DNA of 32,000 nucleotides from Mycoplasmoides pneumoniae FH (GTDB lineage Bacteria; Bacillota_I; Bacilli_A; Mycoplasmatales; Mycoplasmoidaceae): NCBI RefSeq assembly GCF_001272835.1, contig NZ_CP010546.1, positions 512,809 to 544,808 of the forward strand, read 5' to 3'. Shown piece by piece: positions 1 to 13,300 of this stretch (position 1 is its first letter; each line of letters starts with the position of its first letter). The notes under the pieces were generated by a model. It saw only the letters and a program-made list of their open reading frames with translations, ran no database searches and was not told where the DNA came from. The position numbers and the translations under genes were made by a program.

Positions 1-220
1 AAAACCATACGCACGAAACCGTTTGAGAAAAACCATTTAAATCAGGTTAGATTTTGCAATAGTGCATTACTAGATTATACTAGTTGGCTTTAAGGAAAGG
101 TTTAGCGCCCCTCAACTAGTTGCACCAACCACTTGTCTTTGGCAAACTAGTACTTGTAATACTTACTTACAATCTAACTATCATGAGCGGTTCAGTTAAA
201 AAAATTAAGCTTAATTAAGT

Positions 221-1093
221 ATGACAAAGACAAGTAAAGCATCCGGGTTAAGCTGGTTTTTTTGTGATTTAGATGGCACTTTACTGCGTTACCAAAACAA
301 CCAGCACTTAATTGAACCAACTACGAAGCGAGCAGTGGCACAGTTAGTGGAGAGTGGTGCCAACTTTGTTGTAGCTACTGGACGCAAACCGAGTGACGTG
401 CGCAACATTTACAAGGAGTTGGGGATTGAACAAGCCAGTCCCTACTTAATTGCCAACAACGGCGCGGTAGTGTGGGATTTAAAGCGCAATAGCTACCTCA
501 ACAAGCAAACCTTGTCTTTAAGTGACTTTGACTTAATTGACCACATTAACCAAACGTTAAACCAATTAAACCACGAGTATGGCTGCATTCTGTATGGCCT
601 CAACGACCAGGTGTACTTTTATCATATCCACGCTCCTGACTCACAGGCCTTCAAACAGTACTTTGCTTTTTATGAAGGCGAATTTGTCCAAAACCAGTAT
701 CTGGAAATAGATGGGCTCAAAACTGAATACAATCTAGTTAAAGCCATTTGGTTTTTTAAGGAAGTGCACCAGCAAAAGGCGGTGATTGCGCAACACTTTA
801 CTAACCAAGAACGCTTGGTCATTACTTCAGCACACTCGTTTGAACTAGTACCGCTTAATGTATCAAAGGGTCATGCGATAAACCTAATTAAACAACAAGT
901 AAAAATCACCGATAACCAGATTATGGTCCTCGGTGACTCTTACAATGACTTGCCAATGTTTCAACATGGTGTAGTTAAGGTAACTAATCACCTCGCACCC
1001 GACAACCTCAAACAACTAGCTACAAGGGTTTATGACCTACCAGCTTCACTGTTTGTGGGTCAAGCGTTGAACGACTACTTTAAGTTCGATTAA
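221..1093 (+). CDS. Cof-type HAD-IIB phosphatase (290 aa)
   Basis: Uninterrupted ORF from ATG to TAA, with an in-frame TAA 9 nt upstream of the ATG. HAD motif I is FFCDLDGTLL near the N-terminus. Motif IV is GDSYNDLPMF near the C-terminus. A Cof-like cap region lies between them. Confidence 0.85.
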   Translation: MTKTSKASGLSWFFCDLDGTLLRYQNNQHLIEPTTKRAVAQLVESGANFVVATGRKPSDVRNIYKELGIEQASPYLIANNGAVVWDLKRNSYLNKQTLSLSDFDLIDHINQTLNQLNHEYGCILYGLNDQVYFYHIHAPDSQAFKQYFAFYEGEFVQNQYLEIDGLKTEYNLVKAIWFFKEVHQQKAVIAQHFTNQERLVITSAHSFELVPLNVSKGHAINLIKQQVKITDNQIMVLGDSYNDLPMFQHGVVKVTNHLAPDNLKQLATRVYDLPASLFVGQALNDYFKFD

Positions 1094-1098
1094 CTTAT

Positions 1099-2061
1099 TT
1101 ATTTAAGTGTTTGCGCTGCGGTAATAATGCCCACGTTAAAGACATCACTGACACTGGCACCACGGGAAAGGTCGTTAAAAGGACGTGCTAGACCTAAAAC
1201 AATTGGACCAATTGCTTCATAACCACCTAAACGTTGCGCAATCTTGTATCCAATGTTACCAGCATCTAGGTTCGGGAACACATAGATGTTAGCTGATCCA
1301 TTCCAAGTCAAATTAGGGGCTTTTTGTTTGCGTACCTTTTCCACAAAAGCACTGTCAAACTGTAATTCACCACAAACATTAGCTTTGAGTTCGGGGTGTT
1401 TTTCCAAGAAGATTTGGGTCGCACTGACTACTTTGTCCACCGCTTCCCCTTTACCACTGCCCAGTGTTGAATAGCTCAAAAAGACCATCTTGAGTTCTGG
1501 TTCCCCCATACTTTGGGCAAACTTAAAGGTGTTTTCCGCTACAACTGCTAATTCTTGGGGTGAAGGGTAAACAGCAAAAGCACAGTCGGTAAAGTACAAG
1601 CGTTCCTCATTCTTTTCCATGATGAACACACTCGACACAAAGTTACCAGTACCTAACAGTTGTAAAGCAGGACGGAGAGTATCCTTCGTAGCGTATTCCT
1701 TACCACACACTTCCCCATCCACTTCGTTGAGTGCTACTAAAGTGGCTGCTAGGGAACTGGCATCACGGACAAACTTTTGTGCTTCACGCATTTCCATGCC
1801 CTTGTGCTTGCGCTTTTCATAAACGAAGTTAGCGTACTTTGTCAAGTCCATTTCCTCAATCACATAGTGCTTGATGGCGGTGTTAAAACCAGCTGGTACT
1901 TCACTGCGGGTGCGGAAGATCACCGCTGGGGTTAAAATACCCGCTTGCTGGAGCTGGTTAACTGCTTCCATTACGGTTGGCGATCAACCTTCAGGGAAAA
2001 TGATCACTGGCTTTTTACCAGCACTTTGAACACGTTGTTTTAAAAGATCAATAACACTCAT
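1099..2061 (-). CDS. pta: phosphate acetyltransferase (320 aa)
   Basis: The track ORF 1099-1971 extends upstream in frame through one TGA (1984-1986) to the ATG at 2061 (MSVIDLLKQRVQSAGKKPVIIFPEGW...). The C-terminal DLSRGASVSD region is typical of Pta. The stop is TAA. Confidence 0.9.
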
Positions 2062-2098
2062 AAAAACCTGCTTACTTAGTTTTACTCTTTACTTTAAT

Positions 2099-3328
2099 TT
2101 ACTTTTTTTGAATATCGCTAATTCCCACTAGCTCTTCCCCACCTATTAGTGCTAAAGATGCACCACCACCAGTGGAAATAAAACTAAATTGATCAGCAAT
2201 CTGGAGTTGTTTAGCAGCGGCTGCAGAATCACCACCGCCAATGACACTAAAGGCTTGTTGGTTTTGCGCAATCGCTTTACCAATTGCTAAGGTACCCTGA
2301 GCATAGTTGCTAAATTCAAATACGCCCATGGGACCATTCCAAAAGATTGTTTTGGCCTTGGCGAGGTAACTGCTAAACAGGGCCACTGTTTTGCTACCCA
2401 CATCCAAGGACATAAAGCCCTGAAGTTCTGCTGGTCATTGGGGGGCTACAACACACTCCACGCCTGGTTCATCCTTAAAGCTAGCATGAAGCATTTGGTC
2501 TACCCCCAAGACAATTTTCTTGTCCTTGTCACTGTCAAGGATTTGCTTGGCGGTTTGGACTAAGTCTTCCTCCACTAAGGAAGTGCCAACTTCGTTACCC
2601 AGAGCTTTGAGGAAGGTGTTGATCATGCCCCCACCTATTAAAATATGATCCGCAATCTTGAGCAGGTTATTTACTACCTGTAACTTATCAGAAACCTTAG
2701 CGCCACCCAACACAACCACAAACGGTTTGGGTGGGTTATTAATTAAGCGGTAGAGGTTGATCAATTCCCGCTCCATTAAAAGACCAATGCAGGAGTTTTT
2801 GATGTACTTGGCAATGCCAGCGTTGGAAGCGTGACGGCGGTGGGCGGTGCCAAAGGCGTCATTGACAAAGATGTCACCCAATGATGCTCAGAACTGTGCT
2901 AACTCAGCGTTATTCTTGCTTTCGTGTTTAACCACTTCACCAGCCTCATTCACATCACAGTAACGCGTGTTTTCCAACACCAAAATTTCCCCTAATGGGA
3001 GTTGATTGACTGCGACTTTGACCTTGTCACCCGTGTTTTCCGGACAAAAGTGAACCTTGGTGTCCTTTAATAAATTTTGTAAAGCACTAGCTACTGGTTG
3101 GAGTGACTTCTTACCCTTTTTGTCATCGAGCGATTTGACTCGTGACAAATGGGACAGTAACACAATTTTGCAATTGTGACCCAAGAGGTACTTAATCGTG
3201 TCTAAGCTAGCTAGTATGCGTTCGTTGTCGGTAATGACCCCGTCCTTCATCGGCACATTGAGGTCAGCACGTAAGACTACGGTTTTACCCTGAAAGTCAA
3301 ACGCTTGGACTGTTTTAAAGTCAACCAT
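2099..3328 (-). CDS. pgk: phosphoglycerate kinase (409 aa)
   Basis: Three same-frame track ORFs are joined by TGA at 2435-2437 and 2888-2890. Motifs are [10 protein letters not shown] and STGGGASL. The ATG at 3328 lies 2 nt after the gap stop. The alternative start at 3346 would overlap gap. Confidence 0.9.
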
Positions 3329-3330
3329 GA

Positions 3331-4350
<1,020 letters not shown>

Positions 4351-4363
4351 CTAATTAGTTTAT

Positions 4364-4369
4364 ATTTTA
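4364..4369 (-). promoter_or_regulatory. candidate -10 box (TAAAAT) for gap
   Basis: TAAAAT on the minus strand lies 19 nt upstream of the gap ATG and just after the upstream gene's TAA (4375-4377). This is a sequence match only. Confidence 0.3.
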
Positions 4370-4374
4370 CTACT

Positions 4375-5328
4375 TTAACCTATGGCGAGTAATTCTAGTT
4401 GCCAAAAAGCTAAAAGTTGTGGACTGGAAATTTGCTTAAAAAAGCAAAAGTTTTGGTGGGTAAAGGTAAAGCTGTAGTGCGGATTGGTTCAGTACACCAA
4501 GTGTCAGTTGTTCACCATTAATAAGCAACTAAGTAAGACAAAAAGCCCCAGAAAGACTATCCCACCCCAAAGGTTGTACTTTTGGAGATAGTGCGTTTTA
4601 TTAGGATTGTCCAACTGGTAACCCTTGGCTTGTAGCGCAAACGCGACTGCCTCGGTTTTTTTGACCGTTGACAATAACACCGGAATAAAGAGCGTTTTGA
4701 GTTTGACTGGATTTAAAAAGGCTAGCTTACCGTACTTAAAACCACGGATTGCTTGCGCTTGTTTAATCCGTTTTAATTCACCCTTAACAATGGGTAACAG
4801 TTTAAACACCAGTGCAAATAAGATGCTTAACGGTTGTGTTTTAATTTTGAGGTAGCGCAAAGGGGTACACAACCGTTCGACCCCAAACGCTAACTCATAA
4901 ATCGAAGTGGACGCAGTTAAGAGAAAGGACGTGGCAAACAGCATGCTAATTCGTAGTGCTATTACCAATGAACGTAGTAAAGAGCGGGTATTGACACTCC
5001 ACCAACTCACCCCACCAAACTGTTCACCGCCTGAATAAATAAAATGACCTAAAAAATTTTCATTTTGACTGGCCAATGCACTCGAATTCGGTAAGAAAAT
5101 AAAGCCGTTGACGACAATGTTAAACCAAAAGAAGAATAACAGTCAGCCAAAGATAATGGCAAACGTTTTGAGTTTGCGCTCCACTACAATCACAAGCGCA
5201 AAGAAGATCGCATTAATAATAATTAGTCCGTGTAGCCCTAACGGGAGAAAGGCCACCACAAGGCTAATAATTCACCACCACAGCTTTAAAACGGGTGGTA
5301 ACTGACTTAAAAAGTTTTTACTGGTCAT
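4375..5328 (-). CDS. cbiQ: ECF-type transporter transmembrane (T / CbiQ-like) component (317 aa)
   Basis: The track ORF 4504-5076 is flanked by in-frame TGAs. Upstream it extends through two TGA codons to the ATG at 5328 (MTSKNFLSQLPPVLKLWWW...). Downstream it reads through TGA at 4504-4506 and one more TGA to the TAA at 4375-4377. The protein has multiple hydrophobic helices. It follows two CbiO-like ATPases and overlaps the upstream ATPase stop by 11 nt. Confidence 0.7.
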
Positions 5329-6379
5329 GGAAGAGCGGTTTGAGTTGATCAATCAGATCGTGTACGGTTTTAATGGCTAAGGGATCGTTTAACTGCACAC
5401 CCTTTGCTTGTAACAACTGAATGGTTTGCACCACAAGTGGTGGGGTAATTTCGTACCGTTGTAAAAGCTGCATGTTGTTAAAGAAATCTGCAACACTCAT
5501 TTGGTCGACAATTTGACCAGCCTCTAATTGAATCAGACTGTCAGCGGTTTCGTAAATGAAATCAACGTCGTGACTGACAATCATAATGCGCGTGACCTGT
5601 TTTAATTGTTTGAGTAAAGCACTTTTAAGTGCTTTACCCTCCTGGTCTAACCCGACCGTTGGTTCGTCCAAAATGAGAAATTGCACTTGCATGGCTAATA
5701 CACTCGCCAATGCCAAGCGTTTCTTTTGTCCGCCACTCAACTCCAAGGGGTTTTTAATTAGGGGAATGTGGTCCAAACCACACATCTCTAAGTACTTTTT
5801 GGCAAAGTTGACATCACCCTTTTGACACAAACCGAGGTTAATCGCTCCCGTTAACACCTCTTCTAAAACGGAATCACAGAAAAACTGTTCTTCGGCTTTT
5901 TGTAACACATAGCCAATGCTGTTTTGGAACTGCTTTGTGGCACGGTTATGTTTTTGGTTGGCAAAGTAATAAAAGTTACCACAGTTCAAAAAACCACAGG
6001 TCGGATTTTCAACTAAACCTAACTGTTTAATTAGGGTCGTTTTGCCACTGCCACTAGGACCAAAAATAACGGTAATTTGGTTAGGTTCCACACTACCGGT
6101 AACGTTTTTAATAATTTGACCAGCATTGCTTTTATCAACAAAGACACTAAGGTTGTAAAAATACAGCGTACTTTGCGCTAAATCAACTAACTGCTGGTTA
6201 AACAGCGGGGTGTGTTTTTTAGCTGTTAAATAATAAAAAGGGTGCACCAGTTTATCAAACTGTTTGCAGTACCAAAAGTAGTGTTTAATGCTGCTTTGAA
6301 TCAGTTTGCGGTTAACCTTATTGGCTAAACCACGGTACTGTGGTGCAATCAGTGATCAAATTATTTGAGGTGTTTGCAT
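5318..6379 (-). CDS. cbiO: ECF/CbiO-type ABC ATPase, second copy (353 aa if ATG 6379)
   Basis: Walker A is GPSGSGKTT, the signature is LSGGQKKR and Walker B is FLILDEPT. The frame stays open upstream of the track start (GTG 6247) through one TGA to the ATG at 6379. The start is uncertain. The stop is TAA at 5318-5320. Confidence 0.75.
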
Positions 6380-7173
6380 ATTCAATCAACAACGTCTTGC
6401 AACTCCTCAATTGGACCCTTCATTTCGTGGTGGAGATGATCCGCTACTTCATGGGCCAAAAGTCATGGAAACGGGAGGGTAAAGTGGTGCTGGTGGAACA
6501 AGTGGAGCTGTTTGTATATGGCAGCGGGTGAAAACTGTTTTAACAGCTGTCCCTTACTTAAAAAGATAATTTCATCCGCTAAGAAGAGGTCATTAAAGTC
6601 ATGGGTAACATTAATAACTGTTTTTTGCTGTTCTTTAATTACCTTAAAAATGAACCGCTTTAGTTTGCTAGCTAGCTTACCATCCAACATACTAAAGGCT
6701 TCATCTAGTAAATAAAGTTCGGGTTTCACCGCCAGTAAACAAGCAAACACGGCCCGTTGTTTTTCGCCAAACGACAGCTTACTGAGCGGTGTGAACTGTT
6801 TACCTTGTAGTTCTACAACCGCTAAAACATCAGCAATCACTCGGTCCATTTGTTTAGGATCCACCCCGTGGTTTTCCAAGCTAAAAATGAGCTCTTGGTG
6901 CAGCGTATCACCCAACAGTTGCATGTCGGGATCTTGCAGTAAGATACCAATTTGGCGAAAACCAACTTCTTCCAAGGGTTGACCCCTAAAAAAGATTGTT
7001 TGTTTCGGTGCTTTTAAAAATCCGCCTAACAGTTTGACCAGTGTCGATTTACCCGAACCATTGTGGCCAATAATGGCTACATGGGTGTTGGGTTTGAGGC
7101 TAAAATTGAGCTTTTCTAAGGCCGGTTGACTGTGGCGCGGATAGGTAAAACTGAGGTTGGTAACGTTGAGCAA
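6361..7173 (-). CDS. cbiO: ECF/CbiO-type ABC ATPase, first copy (270 aa)
   Basis: Walker A is GHNGSGKST, the signature is LSFGEKQR and Walker B is LYLLDEAFS. TTG at 7173 is the only start codon between the upstream in-frame TAA (7183-7185) and Walker A. The frame reads through TGA at 6463-6465 and one more TGA to the TAA at 6361-6363. Confidence 0.8.
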
Positions 7174-7192
7174 TTTAAGTTTTTATTTTTAA

Positions 7193-7198
7193 ATTTTA
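7193..7198 (-). promoter_or_regulatory. candidate -10 box (TAAAAT) for the cbiO-cbiO-cbiQ unit
   Basis: TAAAAT on the minus strand lies 19 nt upstream of the TTG start at 7173. This is a sequence match only. Confidence 0.3.
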
Positions 7199-7278
7199 AA
7201 AATAAGACTAATTGAAAAAATGGTTTAAAAAGTGCTTAAAGACGTCTATAAACCATTATTACAGGTCAAATAAGACAT

Positions 7279-7309
7279 AAAAAAAGAGCAGTTTAACTGC
7301 CCTCTTTTT
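7279..7309 (-). terminator. intrinsic terminator-like hairpin downstream of dnaK
   Basis: The minus strand reads AAAAAGAGGGCAGT-TAA-ACTGCTCTTTTTTT. The core GCAGT/ACTGC stem is extended by G-C, A-U and G-U pairs and runs into a U tract. It lies about 20 nt after the dnaK TAA. Confidence 0.45.
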
Positions 7310-7330
7310 ATTGATCTACTGCAACAGTAA

Positions 7331-9141
<1,811 letters not shown>

Positions 9142-9150
9142 AACAAATCG

Positions 9151-9177
9151 TTAGCACTTTTAGCGTTTGAGTGCTAA
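9151..9177 (-). promoter_or_regulatory. CIRCE operator (HrcA binding site)
   Basis: The sequence is TTAGCACTT-N9-GAGTGCTAA, against the consensus TTAGCACTC-N9-GAGTGCTAA. There is one mismatch and exact 9-nt spacing. It lies 33 nt upstream of the dnaK ATG. Confidence 0.85.
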
Positions 9178-10361
9178 TTATGTAACTTTTTATTGTTCCA
9201 AAAGTGGTGGTTAATCAAGTTAACTGTTGGTAATACTGGTTTGGGGTGTTTGAATTCAATTACTACTTTAACCACTCAACCAATAAAACAGAGACTAAAT
9301 AAGATAGCTGGAATATAAACAGAGAGAAACCTTCACAAAAAGACCCCTTGCTTTACTTGCGATTCAATACCAACAGCCGATTTAAAGGCATTTAAAAAGC
9401 TTGTCATTACAAACTGGGTAGCACCTTCCCCACTAGGTACGGGAATAAAGTTAGAAGCGGTAATGGCAATGTTAGTGATGTTGAAAATGTCAGCCGTAGA
9501 GTACTGGTCAATAACGTTGTTAGTTGCGTTTTCCTTTTTGACAATGGCAAAAACAGCAAACACACTAAAGTAACCCACCACTGCTATTAAGATATTGGCT
9601 AGTAATTTGAAGATCGTCAAGCCTAAACGTTTAATTTCTAAACCATACAACTTATTAAACTCTGCCTTATCAATAAAACGCTGGTAAATCTGTTCCTTAG
9701 TTAAGTAAGGACGCTTAATTCACTTACGAAACTGGTTTACCCCGGAGTAAATTAAGACATGCATCCTTTTACTGTAGGCAATAAAGATAAATAAGATGGC
9801 TACCACCACATCAAAGATCATCCCCGCAAAACTAAATCAGTACGACACAAACCCTTCGTGGTTTTGTTCTAACAAAGCATAGTTTTGGGAAAGAACAAAG
9901 AAAGATGGTCAAGTAATTAACGCTTGGGCAAGGTTCCAAAAGGCGCCCGTGGAAGTAACTAATAAGACCGCTGTCTGCTTCTTCATGCCCTTTTTAATGA
10001 ACCAGTACAAGCGAAAGGGATCTTGACCCAAGGAAAGTGGGGTGACAATTTGAAAGAACTGCACTACACAAGCAAACAGAACCCACTCCCATCAAGGGGC
10101 ATGGAAGCAAAAGCGGCGTGCTACTCATCAATTAATGATTATGTTTCAAGCTAGGGTAACCACAATCCCCAATACTATTAACAGTATTCAGGGTCAGTTA
10201 GTTCTGTTAATGGTGTTAATAATCGTTTTAACATCACCAGTTTTAATGTCTAAAAAGAAGACGGTCACCAATACACTAACAACCACCAAAAAGGCAATAA
10301 AAAAGCTAAAGGCAAGAATATTTTTTCTAGTAAAAAAACTAGCGCTTTTAGGGGTTGACAT
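9174..10361 (-). CDS. polytopic membrane protein of unknown function (395 aa; MG306-like by position)
   Basis: With table 4 there is a single open frame from ATG 10361 to TAG 9174-9176, containing 11 in-frame TGA codons. The track shows only 9333-9650. The translation is dominated by long hydrophobic segments (ILAFSFFIAFLVVVSVLVTVFF, WILLIVLGIVVTLAW, MIFDVVVAILFIFIAY, and others). The ATG is 9 nt after the upstream lipoprotein stop. Confidence 0.75.
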
Positions 10362-10370
10362 TGACCTTTG

Positions 10371-13300
10371 CTATTTGAGCAATTTTAACCCACTTTCTAT
10401 CCGTTTATCACCAATATTTAACTGCGGCTTATTAATGGCACTAAGTGCCAACTGTTGTGTGCCCTTGTCTGCTGCTTGGAATAAAAGCAGCGCTGCCACA
10501 ACATCACTGGCAATTTTATTGTTGGTACCGCTTGTAGTTGTTAGACTCAAGCTGTCAATGTCTTGGTAAGTGAACTGGGTGTAGGTGTACTTGTCACTAC
10601 CATTTTGGTAAGTGAGGTAGTTGCCAGTTCCACTTGGAGTAGAATCCCTTTGGCTCTTTTGGGCACCATTACCAAAGTAGTTTTGGTACTGGTCCAAGAG
10701 GTCTAATAACAGTTGACGCTTAGCTTGGAAGTCCAAAGTTGGGTTGCCAACGGCATCCACTTGGAAGTAGGTCGCAATTGTTTTGCCACTGCCACCATTA
10801 GTTGTGGAAGGATTTAATCCACTTAACTGGACTGCAATCCGGTCTAGTAACAATTGGTTATTAGTCCCTTGAATGATCTTTTTGAGTTGATCCTTGGAAC
10901 CGTACTGTTGCAAGGAGGTTTTCGTAATTTGCTGCAAAATGGCATCACGGGAACTAGCATCGAACATCGAACTAGTGCTGGTACTCAAACCAGTAAAACC
11001 ATAGTGATCAGTTGAATTTTGTTGCATTTGTTGTTTTTGTACTAATGCTAAGCTAGCAACTTGTTGAGTGGCTTGTACCGTTGGCTTGGTTGTTGTTTTG
11101 TAAAAGAAGTTATTGGGATCTAGTGTTTGAGTGGATTCTTTAACTTCGTTAGCGGAGTTCTCATAGTTGAAGTAGGAACCAAATACGCCTTGGGGATTAG
11201 AGAAGTTAGTGGTTTCAGTGTTCTTGTAAGCTATAAAAGCAACTTCACCAAACTTAAGGTTTGTTTTTAACAGTGACTTAAAGTTCTTTAATTTTTGGTC
11301 CACTAGCCACTGTAAGGTATAGATAAAACGGTAATGGTCAATGACCGCTTTGTAATCAACGTTAAAGGACTTTTCGTCGATGCTAGCTTCAAAAGCCAGT
11401 TTGAAAAGCTCATCAAACTTGTTGTCCTTCGGGTTACCGTAAATCGATTTGTCCGTGAGTTTAGCCCAAGTAGTGTAGTAATAGTTACCGATAACTTTAC
11501 TTAATGCATCGGCATCACTGTTGGTTGTGGAACTACTTTGCATTCCACCATTATTACTGGACTTTTCCTGAATGTCTTTAAACAACTTTTGTGCTTTCTT
11601 AAATAAATCGTTATTATCGAACGCTTGTTTGAGCAACATAAACGAAAGCGGGTTGACTTTGTCGCTCTGTAATAAGCTAGCTAAGCTCCAGTTAGCACCA
11701 CTAGAAAGTACTTTGTCATTGTTAACGTTTAACAAAATGACGTTACTGTAAGCTGGTCGGGGTGCTAAAGCAGGTTTGAGTTTGTTTTTAACAAAATCAT
11801 TTACTTTAGTTTGGATGTTTTCCAAGATTTTGTCCCTAATCTTGTCAACGTCAGCAGTTTTAGTTTTGAGCTTATTGCTTTCTTCACTTATGCTTGTTTC
11901 TTCTTGACCAACTTTAGGTCACAATGTTTTTGTGATTAAGAAGGTAAAGTAGTTGTTTAACTTTTCGTAATTACCGTTAGTATTAACGTAAGGTAACTTG
12001 GCTGACAAACCGTTCAACCAAGGGGTTGGATTGGCTTGGTTGACGTTTTGGTTAAGATTACGGGCGCGCTCTAGCAACTTGTTATTGAGCGCTTTCATTT
12101 GATCAAAATAAAAGCTGATCATTGTGGTTGCTAAAGCCACCGGCGCAAATTCTTTAATTAACTCTTTATAAGGATTAAAAGCTTCAGTTAAAGCTTTGCT
12201 AGCTTTATCCTTTTGGTCAAGACTAGCGTTAACTAAGGCGTTGGCCAAAATTAGTTCCCGGTGTTTATCAAACCAACTTTTTAGCGTTTCGTTTAAGGGA
12301 AAACTAAAGGCAAAGTTAGTACTGTAGAAAGTGTTAGTTTTAGCTTGAAAGGCACGAAACTTTAAGAATTGTTTTTGCTTGTCAAGGTCTCTTAATACTT
12401 TATTACTGTTACCTGAACTAGATTTAGTTAATAAGGTTAAACTTTGCTTAGAAACTGATTTTTTATTTGTTGAATCTTGTTTTAAATAATAGCTCCCACC
12501 ATCAAGGCCGAAAACAGTTACTCCGGTGCTATTACGCACAATCCGGAATTTAATGGGACTGTAACTGTTTTGATCAGTTTGCTGAACCTGCCTTAAATTT
12601 ATAGATCCAGATTTTAAGGCAACTAAAACTTCATTAGAAGCGCTATTATTTTTCGATTTTGATGTTGTTGAATTAAATGTAGGAATAGCTGCATCTAAAA
12701 CAACGTAATTGTTTTGTTGGCCCTTAGAATTGTTAGTTCTTAAAACAGCTGTTTTCGCTTCCATTTTTGTTGCAGCTGCTTTCTTTACCTGCTCCGCTAA
12801 CTTACTTAAGTTAGTGCCTTCGCTTGTGTTTTGAGCAAAAATGTCATCTAAAGCGCCAGCAATTGGATCTGAGTCACTTTGTTGTTGCTTACCTTCTTGA
12901 TCACTGTAAAACAGTGCGTTAGTTTTGGAAGCTTTTTCTACGTCCTTACTTTTATCGACAACAATCGTGTTGTTAAGGTCTTCTTTGAGCTCCTTAATTT
13001 GCGGCAATTCGTCATTATCTTGCTCAAAAACTTGCAGTTTTAAATTTAAAGCTGCACCTAAGTTAGCCGCTTCTAACTGATCGACAATGTTAGAAGCGTC
13101 TACTAATTGCTTCGTTTCGTTAGTATCTGATAAATTTAAGGGAAAATCAAGAAAATCACCCTTATTTGATTCATTACGGTATTTGAGCAGACCAGTTTTT
13201 TGGCTGTTTGTACCGCTTTGACCGATATTATTATCAGTAATAGCGCCCTCACCTTTAACTAACTGCTTTCAGCGCTTATTACCAACGTTTTGGTTGGGTG

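Noticed and set aside
1-93. Open frame at the left edge (frame 1 to TAA 91-93), and a similar open frame at the right edge (minus strand, 32000 to TAA 31920-31922), as possible 3' ends of flanking genes
   Set aside because: Only about 30 codons are visible in each case and there is no recognisable motif. This cannot be supported from the window alone.
116-127. 12-mer ctagttgcacca, shared in inverted orientation with 14221-14232 in the B-A spacer, and the 10-bp palindrome CAACTAGTTG at 113-122
   Set aside because: By rough expectation, on the order of a hundred chance 12-mer matches are expected within a 32-kb window on two strands. There is no extended similarity around it.
4431-4448. Hairpin TTTGCT-N6-AGCAAA, first taken as the terminator of the transporter operon
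   Set aside because: Under table 4 the T-component ORF reads through TGA 4504-4506 and ends at 4375, so this hairpin is inside coding sequence. The stem is also only 6 bp and AT-rich.
10135-10569. 144-aa + strand ORF spanning the membrane-protein and lipoprotein junction
   Set aside because: It is antisense to two well-supported minus-strand genes. Its hydrophobic look simply mirrors the opposite strand. The analogous ORF 14325-14549 appears in copy B for the same reason.
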